DNA of 41,073 nt from Octopus bimaculoides (lineage: Eukaryota). The first letter of the stretch is position 1. The number at the start of each line of letters is the position of its first letter. This document shows positions 23,254-35,186 of this stretch, piece by piece. The position numbers and the translations under genes are program-made. The notes under the pieces are model-generated. The model was not told where the DNA came from and did no database searches. It saw only the letters and a program-made list of their open reading frames with translations. The stretch covers positions 27,923,258 through 27,964,330 of the forward strand of contig NC_068996.1 of NCBI RefSeq assembly GCF_001194135.2. The letters run 5' to 3'.

Positions 23254-24482
23254 GTAAGTGCACTAAGAAATCATTATATGTTGTTGTTATTGTTGTTATC
23301 ATCATTGTGTTATTCACCTGTTAATGTTTTCCAGACTGTCTCCAAGTTTGAAACGTTTATTCTGGAAATATGTGTTTTATTGCAACTGTTATAACTGCCA
23401 TTTCTTGTTTTCACCAAAAGAGACCAAAAGAGTCAAGTTGGCAGACATGTGCATACATTGTCTCTCTCTCTCTCTCTCTCACAAACAGTCTGTTAAATCA
23501 CAAAAGTTATTTTATACTCTTACCTTAATCATTCCGGTCTCCTCGCTTTATTCTCAAAACTATATCTGATATAAAGAATATTCACTGATTTCATGATGCT
23601 GGTGCTGAATATGACATTGATAAAGAAAGTCTCTGATAATTATGTGAAAGCTTGGGGTGGAAGTAATAACTTCCTGTATTAAGTATGTGTATGTATGCGT
23701 GTGCATGTACACACATGTAGGCAGGCAGGCAGGCAGGCTCACTCACATGTAGATTTAGAAATGTAAACAAGAAAAAGAGTACTTGATACAGGCAGTATTT
23801 ATTTATTGGTACTAAGTCAATTTATTTCACAGATACTACTTGGAATTTTATGCAGGAGATATTCATTCAGGTTGTCTAGAAAAGTTAAAAGCAAGTTGGT
23901 GGACAGAATTCATACAAATTCCTGACTGTCGTTGGCTAGAGGTCAGGTTATGAACTTCAGTGCCTTCTATTAGGGTTGTTAGTAGTCAAGAGATAATTAA
24001 TACTTATTGTGTACAGTGCAGTTTTCTAAGATCGAAAGGTGGACACTCTAACTAAAATCCAGTGGCAAATAGCATGCTCATAATTACATCTTTATAATAA
24101 AGTTTTGCCATAGGTACAGTGGCTCAAAATTTTCCCCTTTTTATTCAGCGATTATAGTTCTTGGATTGGAATGTAAAATTATTCCAATATATACAGCTCG
24201 CATATAATTGTCCCTTTGGTATAGTGAGGTACTGTATTTAGATATGACTTCCCCTGTATACAAATTCACATACATAGCATTACTTTACACAAAATATATT
24301 TCCTTATTTGCTCCTGTTTTCTAATATATTGCTTTTTATTACTGCCTTGTACACTATTCAAAGGTTATTTATCTTAGGGTAGTGGAAGAAAACAATGCCA
24401 TTTTATATTTCTAATGAAGTTAGAATAATTTTCTGTTGTTTATAAACACATTGCAAATATGATACTTCATTGGCAAACATGG

Positions 24483-24576
<94 letters not shown>

Positions 24577-25072
24577 GCACGCGCACGCGGAACTTTAAAA
24601 GTAAAATGCGAGTAAATATTGAAAAACATTTATGCTAATTTAGACAGACTAATGCACTAATATATAAACGCATAGATATATTAAACAATGCACATGAATG
24701 CCAGGACACTCGTAGCAGTGAACAAACTATAAAGTGTAGTGAAGTAAGAGTGATTTCCCTTAGTTTACATGCAGTTTCTTAACTGCTACTCATAAACGTG
24801 ACATAAATACAACACAAAACAAAACAACGACAACAAAAATGTTGGTTGCTACATTCAGCAACAACAGTAGCAGTGATTTTTGATTTAGGCAGAAGGCCAG
24901 AAATTTCGAGGGCAGAGGGTTAGTCAATTGTATTAATCCCAGTACTTGACTGTTGGGCTCTGAATATAATGAACTGAAATAGATTTTGTTTGCTGTCCCA
25001 AGAATTCAGTAATCGTCAAATAATATTAATAATGGTAATTGTTTTTTTATTTTAATATTAATTTTCTAATTT

Positions 25073-25295
25073 AAGGCAGTGAGCTGGAAGAATTGTTAGC
25101 ATGCCAGGCAAAATGCTTAGTGGCATTTCGTTTGTCTTTACATTCTGAATTTAAGTTCCATCAAGATTAATTTCACCTTTCATCCTTTCGGGGGTCAATA
25201 AAATAAGTACCAGTTGAGCACTGGAGTTGATGCAAGCGATTCATCTCCTAACCTGAACTTGCTGGCCTTGTGCCAAAATTTGAAACCAATATTAA
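25073..25295 (+). mobile_element. SINE family A full-length copy
   Basis: aggcagtgagctggaagaattgttagc through gctggccttgtgccaaaatttgaaacc. Confidence 0.85.
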
Positions 25296-25679
25296 TTTTC
25301 TAATGTTTCTAATATAGACATAAAATCAATGATGAGATGTCATATATTGACAATTTGTGTTATTAAAAATATTTTAAATTTCCATTTCTTTTCATGTAAT
25401 TTGGAAAGCAGGAGGTAAAAAAAAAATGGTTAAAAAGAGAAAAATACAGTAAAGGAAAAGACAAAGAGCCATTCAGTTGTCTTTGTTATTGATAATGTGA
25501 TGTTCCGCTTATAACAAACTGAATATTACAATAAGTTATTACAAATAATCTTCAACCAGTTGTGGATTGTATCTCAATTGCTGCTTTCATGGACTCCTTT
25601 GACTCTCTGTTGCTGTCCGATTCCATTATTATGAATTTGAATTGGAAACTTGAGTCATAGTGAATCTTTTATTAGTTGA

Positions 25680-26380
25680 CTAGCAGCTAAGCCCGGTTTC
25701 ACCCAGTCAGAGAATGACGCGAAGAGAGAAACGAAGACATAAAAAAGAGGACGAAGTGGATACAAAGTGGTGTTTGGGCGACGGATCTTGGTAGAAAAAA
25801 AAGAATGTCATGGTGAGTTAGTAAGGAGAGCAAAGCAAGACTGGACTAACGTGGGCTGGCAGGACGATGAAAAAATTGCGGAGTTGAAATTGGAGCAGTT
25901 GAAGTTGCCGTTGTTATCATTGGAGTGCCTCTTGGTAGACAACAGTCTTCGTCCTTCCATCGGCTGCACAAATAGAAAGACAATGGGGACAGTCAACGTA
26001 CAGTTGTGCATGTGAGAATACTTGCTCTGTCAGATTCAAACCAACCGCTTGCACTGATTGTCCCTGCGCCTTGTTGATTGTAATGGGAAAGCAGAGTTTG
26101 ATGGGAATTGCATCTGTTTAAACTTGTAGGTCGTATCGGAGTGGGTAAGGGACATGGGAGTTATAAGTATGTCTTAGCCAGCGGCCGGTTCATTCAAGAT
26201 TGTTGCCTACAGAACTCGGGAGCACAATTTTTTGATAATCATCCGCGTACCATTGCACATTATTTGAGCATCTAAATTCCTTAGCATCATGATTGACGCG
26301 CCAACTTTCAGATGCAGTTCGTGAGCTGGTAGTTCTTCGGGTCCCCCCTTTTGTCAGATTTGTCATGGGCCGGCTGGTCT
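25680..26380 (-). mobile_element. Helitron 3' fragment: PIF1-like RepHel helicase C-terminus, subterminal hairpin and CTAG end
   Basis: Minus strand translates (with stops and frameshifts) LPAHELHLKVGASIMMLRNL..MCNGTRM..KFKQMQFP/KLCFPITINKAQGQSV.AVGLNL.EQVFSHAQLYV..RTKTVVYQEAL*. It ends ctgggtgaaaccgggc-ttagctg-CTAG|T at 25683-25679. Confidence 0.9.
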
Positions 26381-27009
26381 ATTTCAGATACATGGGAAGC
26401 TGGATAAAATTTTTCATCAACTCAGGGGAGCCGAAATAAATTTTTTCAATGTCCAAGGGAAGCCAAATTGCGAAAAAGGTTGAGAAATGCTGATCTATAA
26501 CGATGGTTTTTATTTAGGCACATCGTAAAAGTAATTATAATGAATTGCTTAATATAAAGAAAAGTATGTTTTTTCAAGCAAATACAGTTAGAAAAAATAT
26601 TTACCATTTCAAGTCATCACTAAATGCTACCTCTTCTGCTACCTCTTCACAATCCACCATTCTGCAGTCTCATGGCAGGGTGGCTAAAAGGGTGCTATAT
26701 CTTGCCAAATGGCAGCCAGTAACTATGCAGGGCACAGTTGTCACTCTGAGAGGTATTTTCAAAATACCTGCATACCTCTAATGAGATGTGAAAATTTTGT
26801 TAGTGAAAGTTTTTGTCAAAAAAGAACATTAAAAAAATCACCTGATCTTATTGCCAAAATGATTAAAATAATATTCATCATTCAGCTAATGTCTTTTTCA
26901 TTATTGCATAATTGTTTTTAATTAGATTTTAAATTCTATTTAGAAATAGTACTAACTTCATTTTTATATATTTAATGCTCACTGTATAAAATATGTTTAC
27001 ACTAATGTA

Positions 27010-27340
27010 TAGGTGCAGGCATGGCTGTTTTGTAAGAAGTTTGTTTCTTACCCATATGGTTCTGGGTTTAGTTCCACTGCATGATACCCTGGGCAAGTGT
27101 CTTCTACTTTAGCCTTGAGCCAACTAAAGCCTTATGAGTGTGTATGTCTTTGTGTCTGTATTTGTCCCCCACCACTGTTTGACAACCGGTATTGATGTAT
27201 TTACATCCCTGTTACTTTGTGGTTCAGCAAAAGAGACTAATACAATAAGTATCAGGCTTAAGAAAATAAGTACTGGGGTCAATTCTTCAAGGAGGTACTC
27301 CATCATGGCTGCAGTCTAATAACTGAAACAAGTAAAAGAT
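27010..27340 (+). mobile_element. tRNA-derived SINE family C (CORE-like centre)
   Basis: A/B-box-like head ggcatggctgt..ggttctgggtttagttccac, then ccctgggcaagtgtcttctac, and tail gcagtctaataactgaaacaagtaaaaga. Related copies at 9536-9745, 12275-12620 and 13890-14037 (minus). Confidence 0.8.
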
Positions 27341-27682
27341 CAATGTTACTATTGTTTATTATTTAAATATACTAATTTTTCTTGCCTGCTTGTGTACAAT
27401 ATTTTGTGTCTATGTAGTGATTCTTTCTTTCCTAGTTCAACAAGTACAATGATGTCTAATTTGTTGAAGAGATGTGATAAGGCAGAATCTTGCTTGCGGT
27501 TGTTCCTGTACCTGCCTAAATTACGAAAATAATTTGAACCATTGAGCTGATGTTATCTGTTACTTAATTAGATATTTAGTGATCACTGCATTATGTATAA
27601 CTTACAGTTATGCACCCCCTCCTCCCCCAATAGACAGATATATATATGTACATGATATACATTGGTGAATAATGCAAACATC

Positions 27683-28090
27683 AGGTGCAGGGGCATGCAA
27701 TTAGGAAGCTTGCTTCCCAATCATGTTCTCTTGGGTTCAGTCTTTTTGCATGTTGCCTTGAGCTAGTGTCTTCTGTTATAGCCCCAGGCTTGTGAGTGGA
27801 TTTGGGAGAGTGAAAATGTGTAGAAGTGCATCGTGTGTGTGTGTGTGCATGCGCATGTGTGTATGCCCTTGTCTTGACATCACATGATAGTTGTAAACAA
27901 GTATCACTGTCATACAACTGTTTGTTTCCAATCTTTCATAGAAAACGTCTGGTCATAGGGAAATATTAACTTGCTTTGAAGCAGGTGAAAGCTGACAACA
28001 GGAAAGGTATTTGGATGTAGAAAACCTGTTTCAATAAATTATGTCTGATCTATGCAAGCATGGGAAAGTGGATGTTAAAATGATTATGGT
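27683..28090 (+). mobile_element. SINE with family-C head and RTE-like tail (family C2)
   Basis: Head shared with 27010. The 3' end gcaagcatgggaaagtggatgttaaaatgat matches the RTE terminus gctagcatggaaagcggacgttaaacgatgat (11265-11310 reversed). Confidence 0.75.
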
Positions 28091-28455
28091 GACCAGTCAC
28101 TTTGCATTAAAACACCTTGTGTAGTATTTGTTCTTCCCTGGCTAAGAAATCCCTTGTCACTCTAGCCATCATAAATACAGTGAACCAGTGATTTGGCTCT
28201 TGTAAGCCTGTAACCAATCACATTGTTATTCACAAAACATGACATAAAGAAAAATATTTTTAAAAAATGATAAATACCATTTGTCTTTGGTTAGCATGGG
28301 AAAATCAAAATTTAAAAAAAAAATGAATAAAGGTACACATAGAAGAATTGTTTGCATATGTATATGTGTGGATGTGTGATGGATATTTAGTTGTATATTG
28401 TATTTAGTTATATTTGTATTTAGTTGTATTTGTAACATGGTGTTGTATTTTTCAG

Positions 28456-28596
28456 GATCTCCAGTGAAAGGAATTAGTGCTGCTAGTGTTGATAGTGAGG
28501 GTACAAACAAAAACGTCAGAGAAGCTACACCTGTTGTACATTCACTGGCGAAATTGGTAATTTCTGGAGGAGAAGGATACATTGATTTTCGTACTG
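28456..28596 (+). CDS. MAPK8IP3: JIP3/JIP4 penultimate coding exon (141 nt, phase 1-1)
   Basis: Acceptor gtatttttcag and donor gtcagt. Translates (G)SPVKGISAASVDSEGTNKNVREATPVVHSLAKLVISGGEGYIDFRT(G); LV.SGGEGYIDFR is a JIP3/JIP4 motif. Lies within ORF 28398..28748. Confidence 0.95.
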
Positions 28597-29362
28597 GTCA
28601 GTTTTGTTTTATTTATTTCACCACTCACCAACACCAATTACCACTGCCAACCACCATTACCATGAACCATCATCATTTTTCCAAGTCCATGAGTTTCTTT
28701 TTATATAAATGTTATGCTCCAGTGCTTCTAGTGGCACACTGTTGTTAAATAATCAAAAGAAAAAGTAATAAAGACCAAACTGGTTCTCTAAATAATGTAT
28801 GTTATCATTGCTTCTTAATCTCCTGTGAGACTCAGTACTATATAAGACTGAATCTAGTCCTAAGATGCACAATATCATGAAACTAATGTTAAACCTGTTT
28901 ACATTCATTTTTGAATCATTACAAGACTGAGCTTGAATTTTCAACAGGATGTTATGGGTTAACTAAGTTCCTGGTTATTCCCTCTAGTTCAAAGGGTAGT
29001 GCTGAACAGACCAGGAGTCATTGTCAAACTTTCATTAATAATAATAAAAATTATTATAATAGCAATTGAGAAACCAAAATAAATAAATCAATTGTTATAG
29101 AATACCTCAACACTAAGAATATTCTCTTTGAAATGAGTGGAATCATTAACTTTTAATATTAATAATAAATCTACATAACCTTTCAATCTAACCATGACCT
29201 AATTTAGGAATTATATTTCACTTCACCCACCACATTTAGTAGAAGTGAACCCTAAGTCAAGATTCCTACAACTATTAGTAGTACGACCTCTACCTCCCAT
29301 AAAACACTTTATTCACTCAGTTTGCTGATTCTTTCAGTTTTACTTTGAAATGGCAAAGGGTA

Positions 29363-29448
29363 AGGACTCTGACGAAACTGCACCGACCATGATGCTAGGT
29401 TGCATATACAAGTGTGCAATTGCTGCAGTTGAAACATGTGTAGGTCCT
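29363..29448 (+). ncRNA. Type I hammerhead ribozyme motif (minimal, Penelope/retrozyme style) in the last JIP3 intron
   Basis: Stem I aggact(29363-68)/ggtcct(29443-48); core CTGACGA(29369-75); stem II aactgca(29376-82)/tgcagtt(29424-30); GAAA(29431-34); short stem III AC..GT around atgt; NUH triplet GTA(29440-42). All invariant core nucleotides are present. Confidence 0.8.
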
Positions 29449-30470
29449 ATAAAGATACTGTAAATAACTGTTAAATAAAATTATGGATGTGAAAAATCTC
29501 TGTTCTCCCTATCATTATTAATACTATTACTTTCTCTACGGAAAATATGCAGTCCAGAACAGGACACTCAGATTTACCCAGCAAGAATAGTTACCAGAGC
29601 CTAGCAACTTATTGTTAGCTTGGGTATCACATAAGGACCATTGTGGTTAGCCTACATCTGAAACTGATTTAAGAGGAAACATGGTAACTGCCAGGATAAT
29701 ATATCCCTTTAAACACATCTTATATATAGATATTCACTATACTTTGATTTTATATACACACATTTATATATACACATTTATATATAGGTATATTGATGCA
29801 AACAGGAAAAATAGAACTTAAAATATTAGTCTCTGTATATTTTTATTAATATTTAGCAGAAATAACAAAGTGATTCAAGGTCTGAGAGTTTCATGCATTG
29901 ATGCTTATCAAACTAGTTACAGGTCAAAAGGCAGTGAGTTACAGGTCAAAAGGCAGTAGGTTTATTATGTAGGACAGGTGGGGATTCAGTCAACCACACA
30001 CCTGTATTAAGCAGCAAATAAGCAGAGTTGCTAAAGTATAGATTATCTTGCAGAGTTTGTTCAAATCTTGCTGAGGTCAACTTTGCTTTACATTCTTTTA
30101 ATCTGGATAAAGTACTAGTCTTTCACTAGATCAATTCTTCTTCCTTACTCTCTCTTTCACTCTCTCACTCTTCTCTGCTCTCTTTCTCTTTCCATCTCAC
30201 TTTATCTTTCTGAAAAAGATTGGCTGTATTTAGACCTGGAGATGGATAGGTTCTTCCAGGTCTAAAAAATGTTCAAGACAGACCATATATCATGATCATA
30301 CCTCTAGGACTACATCAGGAATTGAAGACCCAACACAACACACTTTTGCATTATTAAAAAAAAACAAAAAAAATGTTAAAACATTGCTTGTCTTGTGAAA
30401 AGAAAAATATATGTTTGTGTTAAATATTGTTATTTTTGTACTATATTAGTATAATTTTTTAAATTTGTAG

Positions 30471-30577
30471 GTGATGGAGAAGAAGATGATTCAAACCAAG
30501 ATGAGGCAAAGAAAAGTTGCTTAAACCGAGGTGAACGCAGCCATCTGATTGTTTGGCAGGTTACTTGTCCTGATTAA
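30471..30577 (+). CDS. MAPK8IP3: JIP3/JIP4 terminal coding exon to TAA stop
   Basis: Acceptor aaatttgtag. Translates (G)DGEEDDSNQDEAKKSCLNRGERSHLIVWQVTCPD*; ERSH.IVWQV is the conserved JIP3/JIP4 C-terminus. Confidence 0.95.
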
Positions 30578-30605
30578 CAATGCTCATTAAGTGAAACACA
30601 GACTA

Positions 30606-30755
30606 TCCACTTTCATAGGAGAAGCCACTGGGAAACACCACAACATACAACAAATGTACTCGCCCAGACAGTGCAATGGAAAAAACATACAACACCTAGA
30701 GTACTTCTCTTTCAGACAGACCAACACTGTGGGGGTTGGAATCCTCCCCTCCAAC

Positions 30756-30795
<40 letters not shown>

Positions 30796-31001
30796 CAAAC
30801 ACATGGTATCCCTTTTCGGATCAATACAGTGGGGGAAAAGAAAAAGAAAGAAAAACATATACAATACATTGTGTCCACTTTCAGACCAGCCCAGTGGAGG
30901 GAGTGGAGGGAAACATTATAACATGCAATGTCCATTTCCAGACCAACTAAATAATGGAATGATATAGCTTAAAGAATTCACTTTCAGACTACTTAATGGA
31001 A
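30606..31001 (+). repeat. Degenerate ~45-65-nt repeated motif (about 7 units) in the proximal JIP3 3'UTR
   Basis: Recurrent tcca(c/t)tttcagacca...a(g/a)tgg(g/a)...aaacata at about 30606, 30657, 30704, 30809, 30874, 30931 and 30977. Confidence 0.6.
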
Positions 31002-31007
31002 AATAAA
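31002..31007 (+). promoter_or_regulatory. Candidate polyadenylation signal (AATAAA) of the JIP3 transcript
   Basis: First AATAAA after the stop, about 425 nt downstream. Several later AATAAA exist (32.2-33.0 kb), so the true 3' end is not determinable here. Confidence 0.3.
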
Positions 31008-31249
31008 AGCAAAATTATACACAAGTATAAATACACACACATACACACACACACACAAGCACGGACGATTTATTGAACCAAAATCAGAAAATGAAAAGAA
31101 AAGAAAATACTGATGAAATCATGTTAAGGAACAAAATCAAATACTCCCATTCCCCCTTTTACAGAACTTTACAAGGAAAATATAAGACTGTTTGTGGAGA
31201 GGATAGGGTGGGTGAGATCTTAATAGTAAATATATGTGTGCATGTGCAT

Positions 31250-31830
<581 letters not shown>

Positions 31831-32045
31831 ATCATGTATGCTGATACTTTTTATGAAATCACATTTAGTGCAATCTTCCATTTTAGCTCCTAATCCCTGG
31901 TCCTATTTGATCTTGTTTTATATTTTTTTGTTGAGCAAGTAAACTAATCGTGTTAAAGACATACAAGTAATTCTATTGTTCCAAGAACACAGTCTATCAA
32001 TAATAATAGTAATAATAATAATTATTATTATTATTATTATTAATA

Positions 32046-32077
<32 letters not shown>

Positions 32078-33113
32078 TTCATTGTCCACAGTCAATTTTT
32101 TTTGTTGCAAAGATGATGATGACGATAATGATGATCCTGTTGCCACTATTAAATACACAATAATTATGTCATCCATTCACTCCCTCCCACAAATCTAAAA
32201 AAAACAAACCTTCTCTCCCTTCAGTATCTTCCCCCATCTAGGAAATTAAATAAAAATAAAATAAAATTTTAAAAAAATTTGAAAAGTTAATGAATTATAT
32301 AATAAAATGTAAACTACACACTAATTCTTGGTCTTTTTCACTACTTATGAGGATCATAGAATTGTATTTAGTCATCTCAGTTGAAACCCTCATAAATGGA
32401 ACAAATCCCGAATTCTGTTGTTTTTTTTAAAAATTATATTTGTAAAAGAAAATGTCTGAAATATTTTTTTTTTTCCATTTTGTGCATGTTCTTTCTTCCT
32501 AGTGATTAAGGAAGAAATATTGTTGGTTAAAGAGGAAACTTTTCGACAGAAATTGTTATGGAATAAAAGAGAGAATAAAGAACTAAATAATAAACCAGAG
32601 ATTACACCAATAATTACTAGAGTTTAAGCAATCAAAAGCAATTTAGGAAAGGGGTTGAATATTCTTACATGTTTTATTTATTTTTACCTTTATATATATA
32701 TATATATGTACACATACACACACATATTTCTGCCCCACTCTATCCCTTTCTTGACTTTGAGAATGATTTTTCTGTCTGTTTAACAATTCAAACTGGAATT
32801 TTCTGTGTTATATGGAAGTTGGCTATATATATATATATATATATTTCCTTGTTGTTACTGAAACAGTTAATAATGAACAATTAAGCAAAAATGAAAATAA
32901 TTAAATAAATGGATATATTTAAAAAAAAAAAGAAAAACAACAAACAAGCAAAACAAATAATAATGCTGGTTAATATTAAAAATATATGTGGAGTGGAATA
33001 ATAAAAACCTTATTTGAAGAAAGCTAAATTAATTGTTCAAATATTTTTCTGTGTTTCTCTAACTTGCCAATACTTCACTTGTTTGTTCATTTGAAAAGAC
33101 AACCCTTTATTTG

Positions 33114-33155
<42 letters not shown>

Positions 33156-33179
33156 GTCTGTCTGACCTCCTCTCTCTCA

Positions 33180-33495
33180 GCATGGCTGTGTGGTCAGGGA
33201 GTTTGCTTCTCAGCCATATGCTTTTGGGTTCAATTCCAGTATGCTGCATCTGGGGCAAGTGTTTATCTTTGGCTGGCCAGAGCCTTTTGAGTGGATTTGG
33301 TAGATGATGGTAGACAAAAACTGAAAGAAGCTTGTCATATGTTTGTGTGTACACCTTTGGCTTGGTATCATTCAATAGTTGTAAATGAGTGTCATTGTCA
33401 TACAAGCAGTGTTGCTTGCTTCCAGTCTTCCATGAAAACCATGTTCAACTATGGAGAAAACATGTCAGGAAAGTTCAAGTTGAAATGATGATGAA
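33180..33495 (+). mobile_element. SINE family C2 copy (3' truncated or diverged)
   Basis: gcatggctgtgtggtcagggagtttgcttc..gggttcaattcc..gagtggatttggtaga..gtcattgtcatacaagcag matches 27683-27960. Confidence 0.72.
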
Positions 33496-33512
33496 GATGG
33501 GGAGACATATAC

Positions 33513-33720
33513 CATCATTGTCATCATCATTTAACATTTGTTTTCCATGTTAGCACAAGTTGGATGGTTTAACCGGATTTGGTGAGCCACTGAGCTGCAT
33601 CATGCTCCATGTCAGCTTTGGCTTGGTTACTATGACTGGATGCCCTTCTTTAATAACATCTACTTTACAATGTGTATCGAGTGTTTTTTAGTGCAACCGG
33701 CACTAGTGAGGTTGGAAAGT
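33513..33720 (-). mobile_element. Diverged RTE 3'-end copy
   Basis: catcatcatttaacatttgttttccatg...gactggatgcccttc, diverged from the same family. Confidence 0.7.
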
Positions 33721-34548
33721 AGCTTGCAAGAGAGGAAAAGAATGGAGGGATCCCCTCCACTAAGTGGGGAAGAGGTGGTTTTATGCCAGGGACAAGCAGA
33801 AGTGCTTTGCTAAGGAGAAGATACATGGTTACTCTACATTATATAAGGATAGGTGGGAGTAGCTGGGAAGAAGATAAGATGATAGTGATGAGATAATAAA
33901 AGATATGTGCAGTGGATCAGGAGGGGGAAGCTGTTATGAGAGTGTGAAGGAAGAGTAACGAATGGGAGATAGGGGTTGAGGTGAATATAGTGAGTGATGA
34001 GCAGGAGTGGAAGTGTGGCTTGAAGGGAAATATCAGTATGGGATTGGGGGTAAAGTGAGATAGATAGAAATGGATCAAAGATACAGGATGATAAGCAAAT
34101 CATATGAATGCTGGGGAGATAGATGTAGAGGTACATAAAGGTGGCTATAGTGAGTGGGCATGGTAGTAGACATTAGAGTGTGCTGGAAATGATAGCAGAT
34201 ATGAGAGGTGTTAAGATGAAGTATGGTAGAGGACAAGGGACAGGATGAAAATGAGAAAGATGGAAGTTGAGGAAGGCAGCAACTGGTTGTGTAAAGGTGA
34301 TATGTTCCGAAGTGAGATAGATGTTGGAAGAAGGGAGTTTGGGACATGTATACATATAGGCAAAACAAAAATAAAGCAAAAGTCAGAAGGATGTATTCAG
34401 TGAATGTATTAGGTTAATGGTCAGTTTAAGATGGAAAAGAGAAGGGTGTGAGATTTCAAGCATGGTTCTTTGTCAGGAAAGAAGAAAGGTCCAGAGAGAA
34501 GGAAGAGTCTGAAAAGAGCATGTGTGTGGTTACATGGCTCTCGCTTTC

Positions 34549-34921
<373 letters not shown>

Positions 34922-35186
34922 TATAGATAGATATATACACACACAAACACAAACCTCTTTCCAACATCCTTGACAATGCTGCTAGAAATACTGACCAGCC
35001 TTCTCTCCAATCCCATTCTATCATCTCAGAAAACAGATGGAATTGTCACAATTGCAATACCTTTCATAATAAGGTCTGATCATTGACAACTGGCCTGGGG
35101 CTAAATGCCAACAACAACTGTACATATCTGTTTCCTGCTTGTCAGCCATTTTTTGTTGGCTTCCTAAATTTACAAATCTACTGATT

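Noticed and set aside
28398-28748. 116-aa ORF as an independent gene or alternative JIP3 C-terminus by intron retention
   Set aside because: Only 28456-28596 is JIP3-like. The flanks are low-complexity intron sequence and nothing here supports retention.
29915-29957. 22-bp tandem duplication containing two AGGTCA nuclear-receptor half-sites
   Set aside because: The spacing of 16 nt is not a standard response element; simple local duplication explains it.
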